Source of the DNA: the human T2T-CHM13v2.0 reference genome, Homo sapiens
Assembly: GCF_009914755.1 (NCBI RefSeq)
Contig: NC_060930.1
Direction: 5' to 3' (one strand)
Length of the DNA: 64,000 nucleotides
Below, in pieces: positions 1 through 12,915 of this stretch (positions are counted from its first letter, which is position 1; each line of letters opens with the position of its first letter). The position numbers were made by a program, and so were the translations under genes. The notes beneath the pieces were generated by a model, which saw only the letters and a program-made list of their open reading frames with translations, was not told where the DNA came from and made no database searches.

Positions 1-409
1 TTGTAAAGCTTTCCTCATAAAAAACTAGAACTCCATTTTTGCAAATCATAAAAAACACGAGAAAGGTAGATTGGTTCATTTTAACTTTATTAGTTTCATG
101 ACAGCAGATTATTTCCAGGAGGAAAAAGAGCAAAGAATAATGTCTTTCCTTTTGACAAACATGAGAAATGACAAGTAGCTAGTCATTGATTTTTTTTTCT
201 TTTTGAGAATGATTGCCAAATTCACTCAGACCTAATATTCATTTGATTAAGTGTCATTCACTTTGAAAAACTGATTCAGTTAAAACCAAATTTCAATTGA
301 TTATATCCGGAAAATGGTATAGAAAATAAAATAGGAAACCTGCCTCTGTTGCCAGGAATTGTGCATCCTAAACATGGGGTCTTGCAAAGGAAAGAAGAAA
401 ACTGATATT

Positions 410-600
410 GAGTGAGCTCAATGTGTCAGATGCTGTATCTTTATTACCATATTTAATCCACAAGCAACTTCTTAAGATTAGAAATTATTATCACTACTTT
501 ACTGATGGGAAAAGAGAAATTTACTAAGTCATTTTGGATATAGTTTATGTCCACATAGTTTAAAGTAAAGCAATTGGAAATTAGGTCTCCCATAATTACC
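410..600 (-). mobile_element. MIR fragment
   Basis: atttaatcc.caa...attattatc..actttactgatggg is MIR-core-like. Confidence 0.5.
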
Positions 601-1421
601 ACAGTACAACATGCTGTCTACTTACCTTTTCTGAATATAACTATTCACTTGTAAAAGCAGTTTTAAGCATTAATGAGAATATTGTGAAAACACTTTGCAA
701 ATTCCAAAACATTATAAAAATGTATGGCATTATTTTGATTAGTAATATTTAATGGATTAGTAAAAAATAAGAGGGAAACTTGGGTAATTCAGGCTTTCAT
801 TCTACATTTGTATATTATTCCCCCCAAATTCCTTTTTTCACATTATATCAATTCCACAACAAATATTAAAGAAGTTGGAAAAGAAATGTCTTTATTAAAT
901 AAACCTTAGATTGAGGCCACAGAGTCCTCATGCTATTGTTAATCAAAGGACAATGAAGGGAACTCTATAAAACAACTTTCATTAAAAGTTGCCTTTTTAA
1001 CGTAAGGTTTTCCTTATGGTAAAGCAATTTAGCAACATCATGATGACCAAAAAAGTCACTGGAAATATTTTGCTCTTTGTGATGGAAAACCTTTAGAAAG
1101 GGCAAAAGCTGTGACTGGTCAAAGAGAGTCACTTATAACTCATCTGATGAATTTTGTTTTTTAATTTTTCTGCTTTCATTGTTGGGAAATAAGGCAGGAT
1201 TTTGAAATTTAGCATTCTCTTAAGGAATAAAATTACTTAGGAAATAAAGGTAGTCTCTATCTATAGGTCTGAAATGTTCCAAAGATATGCAGCTTTGTCA
1301 ACATTTCTGAAATACCTTATTGATGTCAAATAATTCATTTTAGCATATTCCCTGAGAAAATGGTAAATTGTTTTTCATTTTTTCTGTAAGTTGTACCACT
1401 CTAGATTAATAAAAAACAGAG

Positions 1422-1655
1422 GGCCGGGCACAATGGCTCAAGCCTATAATCCCAGCACTTTGGGAGGCCAAAGAGGATAGATTGCTTGAGCTCAGGAGTT
1501 TGAGACAAGCCTGGGCAACATGGTGAGACCCTGTCTTTACCAAAAACAGAAAAAAATAAAAATAGCCAAACATGGTGGTGCGCACCTGTGGTCCCAGCTA
1601 CTCAGGCGGCTGTGGTGGGAGGATTTCTCTCTCTCTCAAAAAAAAAAAAAAAAAA
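1422..1655 (+). mobile_element. AluJ-like element with deleted right arm
   Basis: ggccgggc start, J-type gattgcttgagctcagg, A-rich linker. The right arm stops at ggaggatt, followed by (TC)n and poly-A. Confidence 0.9.
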
Positions 1656-2589
1656 TGAGGGTGTGTTTGTTTATTGGCAAAATAACACGGCAAATAAGGA
1701 ATAGACCATGAACCCAAGTGAAAGGCTTATGTCTGTTGGACTGTTTTACAGTTGCCCATGAACAGTTTGGAAGTTTCCAAGAACCTGTTAAAGAAACCTG
1801 GACATGCTCTGCTCAGAAAGTTGTGTGCCCCAGAGTTTGTTCCTTTGGGAACATTGCTCCACCACAACAGGGGTTTGGTGAAATGAGTTTGAGAAATGTT
1901 TCATACTATATAACTCTTCTTGGACTTTCAAATGCACATTATTATATTTAAGACAGAGACGTTATGCAATAAGCCTGTTTTAAGTTGTAACAATGTTCCA
2001 TGACTCTTCATAGTTTCCATGGATCACAGCTCTGGCCTGGGCAGTAATGGATGCTGCCATGAGCCTGTTCAACTGACCATTTTCTACTCATAAAGTACCA
2101 GTCTGACTATGTTGGATTTAGATACAACTGTCAATTAAAATCTTGTAGGGCTAAGATGTTCAATATGATATAAACTATGTTCATAGTCCACATAATCTAT
2201 GGAGAAAGGATGGTCCATGATGATGATGTAAGCTTTCTGTAAAGCTAAATTTATTCAATTTGAAGAACTGATATTTATTTTGAATGCTTCCAATTTGTAA
2301 AATGAAATGTTGGTGATAAGAGGTTTAATGTACTCAGCTATGGGCTTCATCACAATTGTAAGCCCAACGCTGTAGTACAGAGCATGGCTCAACATAGGCT
2401 CAATACAATTTGTTAATTTATTAAATAAATAGTAACCATTCTGTTTAGTATCCTATTTTGCCAAACATAAGTTGACAACCCTATGTTGGTTTGATCATTG
2501 TTTTTAAAACTCAAAAATCTTGGAATCATTTGAGTAGATGAAAGTCAATTTTACTAAAAACATATATTGCAGCAGAGATGTCTTCCTTT

Positions 2590-2930
2590 CTGTAGTGTTG
2601 TCATTCTCCAGGTACCCAAAGATAGATGACATTCTTAGCCCCTCTTGCATTTCAATGAGGCCATGTGACTTATTTTAACCAACGTGGTGAAAGTGGAAGT
2701 GATTTCTGCCCCTTCTAGGTCAGGTCCTTCTCCATTAGCAGGCGGAATGCAAATGACCCTGAGCCCTAGGAATGATAAGGCCACAGGATCCTGGGTCCCG
2801 GAATCACCACAAGAAGGAAAGCCAATGACCAGATGAACACACATTGAGCAATTAATTGATGAAAAATAAACTTCATTGTGTTAAAGTATTGATATTTTGG
2901 AATTTGTTTCAGAAGCTAGTGTTACCTAAC
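2590..2930 (+). mobile_element. Old MaLR LTR (MLT1-like)
   Basis: ggccatgtgact...aagtggaagtga...cctgggtccc...aataaactt...tgtgttaa pattern. Confidence 0.65.
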
Positions 2931-3539
2931 ATCTGTATCTCCATCTATATATGAATATACACAGATATACACCTTTGCAGACATATACTAGAAGCATATG
3001 CAATGTAAAAGTTAGAAGTGGGAAATAGAATTAACAGATTTTATTTATTAACAGGTTTTATTTATTCTTTGGTCAATAGGATTAACAGATTTTATTATTT
3101 AAAAAATTATCATACTTTTCTAAGTTTTCTTTAGCAAATGGGCATTACACATTAGGTTTATAATCAGGGGGAGAGCAAAATAAATATATTATTTTTAAGT
3201 GATTTCCAGCCTGCAAGACCTCTTCCTTTTTTTTTTTTTTTTTTTTTTTTTAGTTTTTTGGATTTTTCCTCACTCCCTGGGTCCCTCAAGCCCTCTGTTT
3301 TTTGTTTTGTGGTTCCTTTTTTCTTTTTTTTTTCCTTCCAAACTGGAAGCACATCCTATCTTTAGTCAGAACTGACAAACTTGCAGTCATCTCTGCCCTC
3401 TCTCAGGGGTATCTGAGGAGTAAGCACCATCTAGTTTCTCTCTTTACCACCTCAAAATGTAGGAATACTGCAAAGGGAAGAAAACCTACCTGGATCACTG
3501 TGCTGTAGCTGGATTCTTCATGATGTTTTCTGCATTTCT

Positions 3540-3780
3540 AGCTTTTTATTCTGAAATAATTTCAAACTTAAAAAATTGCAACAATAGTACAAAGAAATCT
3601 TATGTTCTCCAACCAGACTCACCCATTATTATCATTTTACATGTCTCTCTCTGTAGATACATAGCCAGATACCACATAGATAGATAGATGATAGATAGAT
3701 AGATGGATAGATAATTTTTCCAAACCATTTGAGAAAAAGTTAAAGTTATCTGACAATATTTCATCAAAATTCTTGAAATA
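3540..3780 (-). mobile_element. L1M 3' UTR fragment with (GATA)n microsatellite
   Basis: ttttattctgaaataatttcaaactt...ttgcaacaatagtacaaagaa; GATA repeats near 3677-3712. Confidence 0.6.
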
Positions 3781-5099
3781 CGCAATGATTATTTCTGTAA
3801 TTCCACTTATTATGACCTAGATGTAAGAAAATACTTAGGGATATAAAAAAGTTTTAATTTCAAAGTTGTTAAATCACCAATACTTATATTAAAAATTGAA
3901 ATGACTTTTACACCCAATAATGAGTTTGGCTGAGCAATAGCCTTTACATACTGCTTCCAAATGTCCTTTTGTTTGCCACCCATCATTGGCCTCTGGAGCC
4001 ATTAGGACAAAGTCTGAAGCTCTTAATATGTCTACCTCTATTGACTACATCACTCTTATCACTGCTAGGACTCCTTTGATTCTGCCTGAGCCCCCTTCAG
4101 AAAAAAAAAAAGATCACCCAGGATACCCTCAATTTTACATGGCACTGATGAATGTTGGTTTCACCAGGTATGTCTTCTCCACACTCTCTGAACCTAAGGA
4201 TCCAACCAGAGACCATCATACATGGAGACCCCATTCTCCCCAAAGTCTCGGGGACTTGTGCCTGACAGCCTAGGTGTCAGGTGATGCTATTTAATCTAGG
4301 AAAGCAATTAAAAGCCTCTCTGAAAAAGGAGTAATAAAAAGCCCGGCTGTTCAGGAAGGTGTGCTCAACATAAGACCAAATAACTTAGAATACAATCAGA
4401 ATTCTATAGAACTTACAACAGATAACCTATCCCAATTTGAAATAGAGTCTATTCCTTGAAATCACATATATTCATGAGAATTTCCAGAAGAATAATGTCA
4501 ACTTTCTTCTTAGTAACATCAATGGAAGAGATTCCCTGGCCTGGCTCCATAAATTAAGCTTCCAAAGCTGTTTACCCTCGTCTAGCTGGTATGTTCACCT
4601 TCCTTACCAAGAACAAATATAATATTACAGAATATTTGTTCTTGGTAAGAACAAATATAATATTACAGAATCTCAGGAGGAAATCATTTGACTTTGATAC
4701 CTCAAATTCAGAAATTCTGAAGTAAAAATCAACATAAAATTTCAAATAGGGAGCATTTGGAATTATATTTCTCATATAAATATTTGAATGGAAAATCATA
4801 GAATGTGAAATAGCACTTATAAAATAAAAAGAAAGTAAACTCAAAAATATGCCTCAAAAATATTAAAAACATTTCATCAAATGTACAAGTTCTAAGAATC
4901 AAGAAGGAAATACTCTGAAACATATTTATTTAAAAGGCAATACGTTTTGTGTTGAAGACATTATGGGGCAAAAAGGGCTTCAAAATGGAATGGAAAATGC
5001 AACATTCTGAATTGACTTTTACTGTTAATACTAGTACTGAATCACTTACTTTTCTTAAACAATGTATAAAATACCACACAAAAGTGTAATTTCATTTAG

Positions 5100-5105
5100 T
5101 TTATT
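5100..5105 (-). terminator. Likely main poly(A) signal AATAAA
   Basis: Plus-strand tttatt. The minus strand downstream reads CACTTTTGTGTGGTATTTT (U/GU-rich element). Confidence 0.7.
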
Positions 5106-5227
5106 AATATGATCCAAACAGATTTAGCTTAAGAGATGAGGACAGGACATAAAACAAGATTTGGCTGAGCTATATAAAGAAAACCAAAAGAGTGACAAGA
5201 TTTTCAATTGGTGACAATTTAAAGTCA

Positions 5228-5233
5228 TTTATT
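5228..5233 (-). terminator. Candidate proximal poly(A) signal AATAAA
   Basis: Plus-strand tttatt with a U-rich tract downstream on the minus strand. Confidence 0.45.
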
Positions 5234-6182
5234 AACTAATATAAAAATAAATCTACAATAGAACCATGACTTAAACTGAGCCAGTATGTGGTACATGTGT
5301 CACCCAAAGTCAGCAAGGAACCATTCAGAACTTACACCCTCCTGGACTGGCTCACACGGCCTGTCTTTGATCTGGAACCTCATATAAGTCACCTCACAGC
5401 ACTGGGTTTGCAGCCAGCTACATTTTTTCTCCTCAGCCTATGATCAGTTATTAATACATACCATTTCTATGTTTCCCATAGCCTCTTTCTTTTCAGATAG
5501 TGACAGAGCTCTAGAAAAAACTCATCTGGCCAGTACTAAACAGGGAAGGTGAAAAAAAGTACTTTAAGATGGGTGTGGGGTCATTTGGGGTACCAACAGA
5601 CTCAGATAAACAAGGGAACCAGAGTGGGCATCAACAAAAAGCATTGAGGTAAGGGGCCCAGTGGTAATTCACAGAAAAGACCAGAACTGGACAATATTAA
5701 AGTCAGGAAGAATGGCTGTTACACTTGAAAAGTCACACTAGAAGAACAACAAAGAAGAAGAAAACTGGAATGAACAGTAGTCCCTTTTATATTTTTTAAA
5801 AGGAAGGAATTTTTTAAAGAAATATAAAAGTCAAGTCAAAAAGTGAAATAGCAACAATGAGTATTTAAATAAAACAGAATGTAGTAGGAAAGAAAGAATT
5901 CTTTTATTCCCACATGACAGCCCAATTTTTTAAAATGGTTATCTTAAGTCAGGCCAGTTTTATTTTATTGACCATGTATATATAACATCAGATATTTCTA
6001 AGAAAGAGAAGAGAACCTGATTGATGTCTCTCATGTAACATGGAAAGGAAAAAGGAGGGAGGGAAAATGGGGAAGAAAAGTCTCCACACTCTTCATGCCC
6101 AAAGTGGACACAGTCTTTAACCTGTACTTCAAATGACAGGTTCAGATCATAGAAAACATTGTCAAGTCCAACAGAATTTTGA

Positions 6183-6347
6183 TCACAAGCTCTTGGTGCT
6201 CAGCGTGCAGCTGAGTAGCAGAAGGCAAACAAGCAAGTTGATGGAGAAATCTCTGTGCAGGGAAGAGGAAGAAGACGTGCCACACACCAAAGGTTCTGCT
6301 TTATAGGGTCTTTCTATATCTGGAGGTAATGCTGTCATTCCTTGAAT
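6183..6347 (-). CDS. MOXD1: MOXD1 terminal exon 12, coding part: IQGMTALPPDIERPYKAEPLVCGTSSSSSLHRDFSINLLVCLLLLSCTLSTKSL-stop
   Basis: Lies inside ORF 6183-6374. Acceptor ct at 6348-6349; TGA stop at 6183-6185; hydrophobic C-terminal segment. Confidence 0.96.
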   Translation of the reverse strand: MQGMTALPPDIERPYKAEPLVCGTSSSSSLHRDFSINLLVCLLLLSCTLSTKSL

Positions 6348-6816
6348 CTGAAAATGGAAGCACAAACAATGCAAATGAACATCTGATTTAAGGCAGCACA
6401 GTGACCAGGCCGCTCAGCTGCCCACACTTCTGCAGGGGATAAAGGGGGCAGGAGTGGTTACCAAAGGAGTCACACACTGGGGGAGTCAGAAACCTAGGGT
6501 TAAGGAGGAAACAGAAAAGAGGGCCAGGCACTCCTTTGGAAAAGAATACAAAGCAGGCTCTATTGCTTTTTGCAGCACTCATTCCGGCCTGTTCCTGCTC
6601 TATCCCAACCTTAGTTTTAGAACTAATTTTTCTCTTGAAAGGGGGTAGAATGAGGAGTTTTCAGTCAATCCAAGTAATCATTGAACAAAAATTATCAGAC
6701 ATTAGAAGGCAACTGGACCCCTGGATTTATGGATATTTGTCTTCTCCTTAGGTTTTCCTGTAATAGATTCAGATAAAATGTGTCATCTGGGTTGTCAGAG
6801 GTTAAAAAGAGCTTAC

Positions 6817-6985
6817 CGACCACTCAGCATTGTCTGTCTTGGAACATCTCACATTCACTGGCAGGCTGAGGACCAGCTTGTTGAAGGAGAGACCTTCCTT
6901 TTTAGTCCATTTAAACTTATTCATAGCATCCATGAAAGAAAGGTTTTTATATTGCTTGGGACTTTTGATAATGAAAGGCCAGGTC
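6817..6985 (-). CDS. MOXD1: MOXD1 coding exon 11 (169 nt): (T)TWPFIIKSPKQYKNLSFMDAMNKFKW...RCSKTDNAEWS
   Basis: Lies inside ORF 6802-7002. Acceptor ct at 6986-6987, donor GTAAG (ac at 6815-6816). Phase completes exon 10. Confidence 0.95.
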
Positions 6986-7204
6986 CTGAATTTAAAAGAC
7001 ACAGTTAGTCATATTCAGAACAAATGCATTACATGTTTCCTTTACTTTTCAGCATCCTAAAATAGATCTCACACTTATTCATTTTCATACACATAGATAA
7101 CCTAATGCAAAATGTTGATGAGCTCATCAGTGATTACTAGAAGAAATACCAAATAAAAGATTTTTAAAGAATGATATTTATTTTTTAGTAGCAGATTGGC
7201 ATTA

Positions 7205-7350
7205 ATTTTATTTTTAATTTTATATTTTTTAATAGATATGGGGTCTTGCTATGTTGCCCAGGTTGGTCTGGAACTCCCAGGCGCAAGCAACCCTCCCACC
7301 TCCACCACTCAAAGTGCTGGGATTATAGGTGTGAGCCACCATGCCCGGTC
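7205..7350 (-). mobile_element. Free left Alu monomer (FLAM-like)
   Basis: Single arm gggtcttgctatgttgcccagg...gagccaccatgcccgg with a T-rich tail. Confidence 0.85.
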
Positions 7351-7649
7351 AAAATTTAAACAAATAATTTTGTCTCAGAAAGCTTCTACAGAGTCTCACA
7401 ATTCTACATTAATTTGGTTTGGTTCTAGTTAAAAAATTAACTGGTAAGCATTCATTTCTGAAAAGTACAATGCTAATGGTGTAATCAAGAAACCTGCAGG
7501 TTCCTAAAAGATACTGTGAGAGATGGAAAGTTCAAACCCATACACTATAAAAGCCTGACCCCTGCTGGCTGATCTGTTTTGGCTTAGCTAAGTGAGAAGA
7601 CAAATACAACAAAAAATGTGATTTGATCAATGCTTCAAAAATTTTACTC

Positions 7650-8477
7650 ATTTCTCAAAAGAAGACATACATAAGGCCAAAAAACATGAAAAAATGCTCC
7701 ACATCACTAATAATCATCAGAAAAATGCAAATAAAAACCAGAGTGAGATACCATCTCACCAGTCAGAAGGGCTATTATTAAAATGCAAAAAAAAACAACA
7801 ACTGATATTGGCAAGGTTGCAGAGAAAAGACAATGCTTATACATTGTTGGTGGGGATGTAAATTAGTTCAGCCAACTGTGGAAGCAGTTTGTAGATTTCT
7901 CAAAGAACTTAAAACAGAACTACCATTCAACCCAGTAATCCTATTACTAGCTATACACCCAAAGGAAAATAAATAGTTCTACCAAAAAGACCACATGCAT
8001 TTGTATGTTCATCATAGCACTATTCACAATAGCAAAGACATGGAATCAACCAAGGTGTCCATCAAAGGTGGACTAGATAAAGAAAATGTGGTACATATAC
8101 ACCATGGAATACTATGTAGCCACACAAAAAAAGAAAGAAATCATGTCCTTTGCAGCAGCATGGGTGCATCTGGAGGCCATCATCCTAAGTGAATTACACA
8201 GGAACAGAAAACCAAAAACCGCGTGTTCTCACATATAAGTGGGATCTAATCATTGAATACACATAGACATAAAGATGGGAAAAACAGACACTGGGAACTA
8301 CTAGAGAGAGAGGGAGAGAGGGAGACAAGAATGAAAAAACTACCTGTTGGGTGCCTGGCTCACTACCTGGGTGATGGAATCATTCATACTCTAAACCTCA
8401 GTTTCACACAATATACCATTGTAACAAACCTAAACATGCATCCCTTGAACCTAAAATAAAAGTTGAAATTTTAAAAA
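7650..8477 (+). mobile_element. L1 3' end (L1PB/L1MA-like), 5' truncated
   Basis: ttctcaaaagaagacatac...catggaatactat...aacctaaaataaaagttgaaa. Confidence 0.9.
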
Positions 8478-8910
8478 TGTACTGAGAAAAAAAATACCCT
8501 ATATAGAATACACTCTGCCTTCACCTGCCACTCCAAAAATCACATGCCAAATATTCAAGAAAGGAAAAAGAAATCACAAGAATGACATGAGCAGACAGAA
8601 GAAGTGACAGAAAAAGTGAAGTGAAAAAGTGAATGACATAACTTGCTTGAAAAGATAGTTTTCAGGTGTTGTCTTTCATTAAATATAAGTTTTATATTAT
8701 TGATTCCTGAAAAAGGGAAAAGTGTAAGTGCTGGCATGTCACAAAATTTTACATTAATCCATGGACCTTGCAGGAAATTATCATGGTGACTAGAAAGTAT
8801 CTGGCACTCATAACATCCCAAGATGTTACAGTAATTTCTATAATTATCAAATAATCTCAGCTGAAGAATATACATTAATCTTCATATTTTTAAAATTTAT
8901 TTATGTCATT

Positions 8911-8943
<33 letters not shown>
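8911..8943. repeat. (CT)n microsatellite
   Basis: Seen directly. Confidence 0.9.
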
Positions 8944-10228
8944 TAACATACATAACCCACTCAGGCACATTGAATATCATCTTTTTAAGTAAATTAAAAG
9001 TTCCTTATTAATTTCTTGGAGTTATAAAGATAATTTTTTATGTCTAAATTTGAAATATTTCTTCCATATCTAATAAGTGAGACAATGAGGAAAATAGGTA
9101 ATATATATAGATCTTTACATTTTTCATAATTTCCTTTAATTAGAATCAATATATATCTTTGTTGAGTTTTAAATGCATTATTTTATACAAAGACCTTAAA
9201 GTGAAGCCCCATAAAGTAAGAGCAATCAGCATTGCATTACATAAACATACCTAGCAATGGCCTAAAATCTATAGCATTTGAAAATTAAACATATTGTGAC
9301 AATTTTGTAGAGACACAATCCAGAATTAGTATCAAGCAAAAACTTGACTTGAAAGAAGTTATTATATTTGCATACAATGTCCTTTTAAAAGCACTAAAAG
9401 CTACAGCTATTGATCATTTTAAGTCAATTATTAAAAATAAAATTTACTTTTCAAAAAGATAAAATGCCTAATTTGAAAAAGAGAAAATCAATTTTATAAC
9501 CAGATAAATGCTAGGGGAAAATCATCAGTCTGTAACCATCTGAAACACCACAAGGTGGCACGACAGCTTTACTATGGTGCTTAGGTTGCCTAAAGCCTCT
9601 GGTGCCCCGCTGTTAAGAGTGAATAGTGTGACCATTATACACAGATGAAATCTTAAAAAGCTTTGCTGCTATAATAATTTACTAAATTGCCTATTATTGA
9701 GATTGTCCAACATAAAGTGACAGAAGAGGTGTAACCCCATTTGTCAGTTTTTAGAACAGATATGTAGAAAGGCCAAGCCCAATGGCGCGTATGTTGGAGA
9801 CAGAATGACTGAGGCTGGGTGACCTGGGGATGTGGTCATCAACCTTTCTGAGATGGCATCTTTGTCTCATATTTATCATCTCCTTTCCACTCCCACTAAC
9901 TTGGTTTAGGCCCCTGTTCTATAATAACTTTATACTAATAAACATCCTACTTGTCATCTCTAACCTTTCTAGCCTATCCTACACACTTCCAAATTATTTC
10001 CTAGAGAAAAGAGCAGACAGAAAAAGTGAATATTTATCCTGAATACTTTTTTTCAAAAAGACTAAGCTTTAAACCAGGTAACCTTAAAGTAGCAAGTATT
10101 TCTGCTTTTACTGGGATTAGGGATTAGTTGGAAATAATTGGGAATGTTACAGAAATAAAAAGTTACATTTCTGCATATCTTGTCAGTGTGTAAATGTCTC
10201 TCCATACATACATGTAAACGAATGGTAT

Positions 10229-10252
10229 TATATATATATATATATATATATA
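10229..10252. repeat. (TA)n microsatellite
   Basis: Seen directly. Confidence 0.9.
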
Positions 10253-12402
10253 TTACTGTAGTCAATAAAAAACAGTGTTATTATTATGCTTTAATATTGA
10301 TGGGTAATTTTCCTTTGTAAATTCCATCTAAACTCTGAGACATGTTTTTCTAAGAAGATAGCAAAGTTGACTGCAATACACCATGGTAGAGTAATTTTTT
10401 AAATTTTTAAGTGGAACATAAAGCTATTTATTCTTATAAATTCAAACTGATCAATGGAAATTTTAAAAGTTTAATGATTTTTATACTTGGTCCCTCTGTT
10501 CTATATAAATTGAAAAGCAGATGGAGAAAAATAATCTGTGGTTACATTTCTTATCTGAGCCTCTCTGGACTCCTGTTTTAAAAGTTTTATTGCTAATGTC
10601 TTTCTCGGGGTAGAGAAGGAGAAGGAAGGAAGAGAGATGGAAGATTTAACCAAGAAACAAAGTCCATGTACTTATAGCTAAATGAACTATATTACACACT
10701 CTCCATCCATCAAGCAAGTAAACATGTGATCAAAAACTAGCAAAAGGAACAAAAATTCATTAACAGACTTCCACTTTTGGCCATGTTGGAGTAACTGACA
10801 CTAACTTCCTGTAAAAAACTCAAAATTCGACAAACCATATGAAACAGCTGGTTTGGACATTGGAAAATAGCACAGAACTATGATCCCCAAAAGGAAGGAA
10901 ACAAATAAGGTGTTTGAATATTATGTTCATCCCAGCTTTCTGCCTAGAAGCATTCTCTGAACCAGAATGCAGGAAAGGGAATTTCGAAACAGAAAATGAC
11001 GATCTCAATAAGTTAAGGAGATGAAGACCAGAGTTAAGGGAGTCTGAAGAAGCTTACATATTCAAGGTAGACTACTGCAGAGGAAAAATTTGTATAAGGA
11101 TCCTCTGAGTCAGTAACTAAGCAATAAGCCAACTATATTTAGGGTAAAATCCACAAGACTGGGCAATGAACAACTAGAAGATTGTGACCTAAACAATTCC
11201 CAGAGCCTGTATAGAGCTAGCAGACATTTGAGCTCAAACTAGCCAGAGTGGAATGTCTCTGTTGACTACACGGAGTAAACATCTATTCTAGACTCACGCT
11301 AACAAGGTTCTTTAAAGAAATAAAAACAACCTAGTACTAATTAACAGAATGTGCATAATGTCCTGTTGTCTATGTCTAGTCAAAAAATTATTAAACACAT
11401 CAACAAGTATGTAAATGTGAATCTAAACTAGAAGAAAAAATCAGTCAATACTCCAAGATCTTGAAATGACAGAGATTAAAGAATTAGCAGACAAGGATAA
11501 CTAAAACTTAAAAAAACATATTATTAACAAAACATGCGCAAAACTTCTATATTGAAAACCACAAAAAAGTGCTTAGAGAAATGAAAGAACAGTAAATAAG
11601 TGAAGAGGCATACCATGTTCATAGATTAGAAGACTCAATATTGTTAAGGTATCAATTCTCTCAAATTGTCTAGAAATTCAGTATAATCCCAATCAAATCC
11701 CAGCAGGTCCTTTTTAAAAATGAAATTGACAAGTTGATTTAAATATATGTATGAAAATAGAATAAACCTAGACTATCAAAATAATTTTGGGAAAAAATGA
11801 CAAAGTTTTGGAGACCTACATTTAAGACTTCCTATAAAACTATAATAATTAAATGTGGTTTTAGAGTAAGGCTAAACATATAGAGCAATGAAACAGAATA
11901 GAAAATCCAGAAAGAACCAATATATGGACAAATGATTTTCCAACAAATATTCCAAAGTAATTCAATAGTAAAAAGGTAGTTTTCTTTCATCAAATGGTTC
12001 TTGCACAACTTGATATCTATATGAAAAACAAAGAACGTTGGATTTACCTTACACTACACACAAAAATGTGTTCAAAATGGATCCACCTAAATGTAAAAGC
12101 TAAAACTGTGAACTTTTCAGGGGGAAAACAAGAGAAAGTCTTCCCTTGAGTAGGCAAAGATTTTTTAAGCAGGATATGAAAAGCACAAAACAAACCAAAA
12201 AAATGATGAAACAAACTTCAATAAATACAGCTTTTATAAAATGAAAGTCAAGCCACAGACTGGGAGAAATTGTCTGTAAACAGGCATCCAACAGAGAACT
12301 TACATCCAAAGTATAAAGAATTCTTACAACTCAGTAATAAGAAAACAAGTAATTCAATGAACAATGAACAAAAATTCTAACAAATAATTAAAAAGAAATA
12401 CA

Positions 12403-12731
12403 CAGTTGCCCCTTGGTATCCATGGGGGACTGAGGATAGCAAAATCTGTGATGTTCAAGACACTTATATAAAATGGTGTAGTAGTTACATATAACTTATG
12501 CACATGCTCCTAGCTACTTTAAATTATCTCCAGATTACTTATAATACCTAATACAATGTAAGTGCTATGTAGATGGTTATTATGCTGTATTGTTAAGGAA
12601 TGATGACAATAAAAATATTCTGTGCATGTTCAATATAGATGCAATTTTTTCAAACATTTTTTATCTGAAGTTGGTTGAATCCATGGATGCAGAATCCATG
12701 TTCTGCATCTGGGAAAGCAGAGGGCTGACTG
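12403..12731 (+). mobile_element. MER2 (TcMar-Tigger) DNA transposon
   Basis: cagttgcccct...agggctgactg termini; internal ttatataaaatggtgtagta and gattacttataatacctaatacaatgtaa. Confidence 0.88.
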
Positions 12732-12734
12732 TAT

Positions 12735-12765
<31 letters not shown>

Positions 12766-12834
12766 TTTATTTATACACATGTACATATATATATATATAC
12801 ATACATATATACACATATATACATATATACACAC

Positions 12835-12915
<81 letters not shown>

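Larger units (their letters stand above)
5085..6182 (-). other. MOXD1: MOXD1 3' UTR (3' end approximate)
   Basis: Repeat-poor sequence between the stop codon and an AATAAA followed by a U/GU-rich downstream element. Confidence 0.7.

Noticed and set aside
1800-1809. p53-like half-site ggacatgctc
   Set aside because: A single decamer without a partner half-site; expected by chance.
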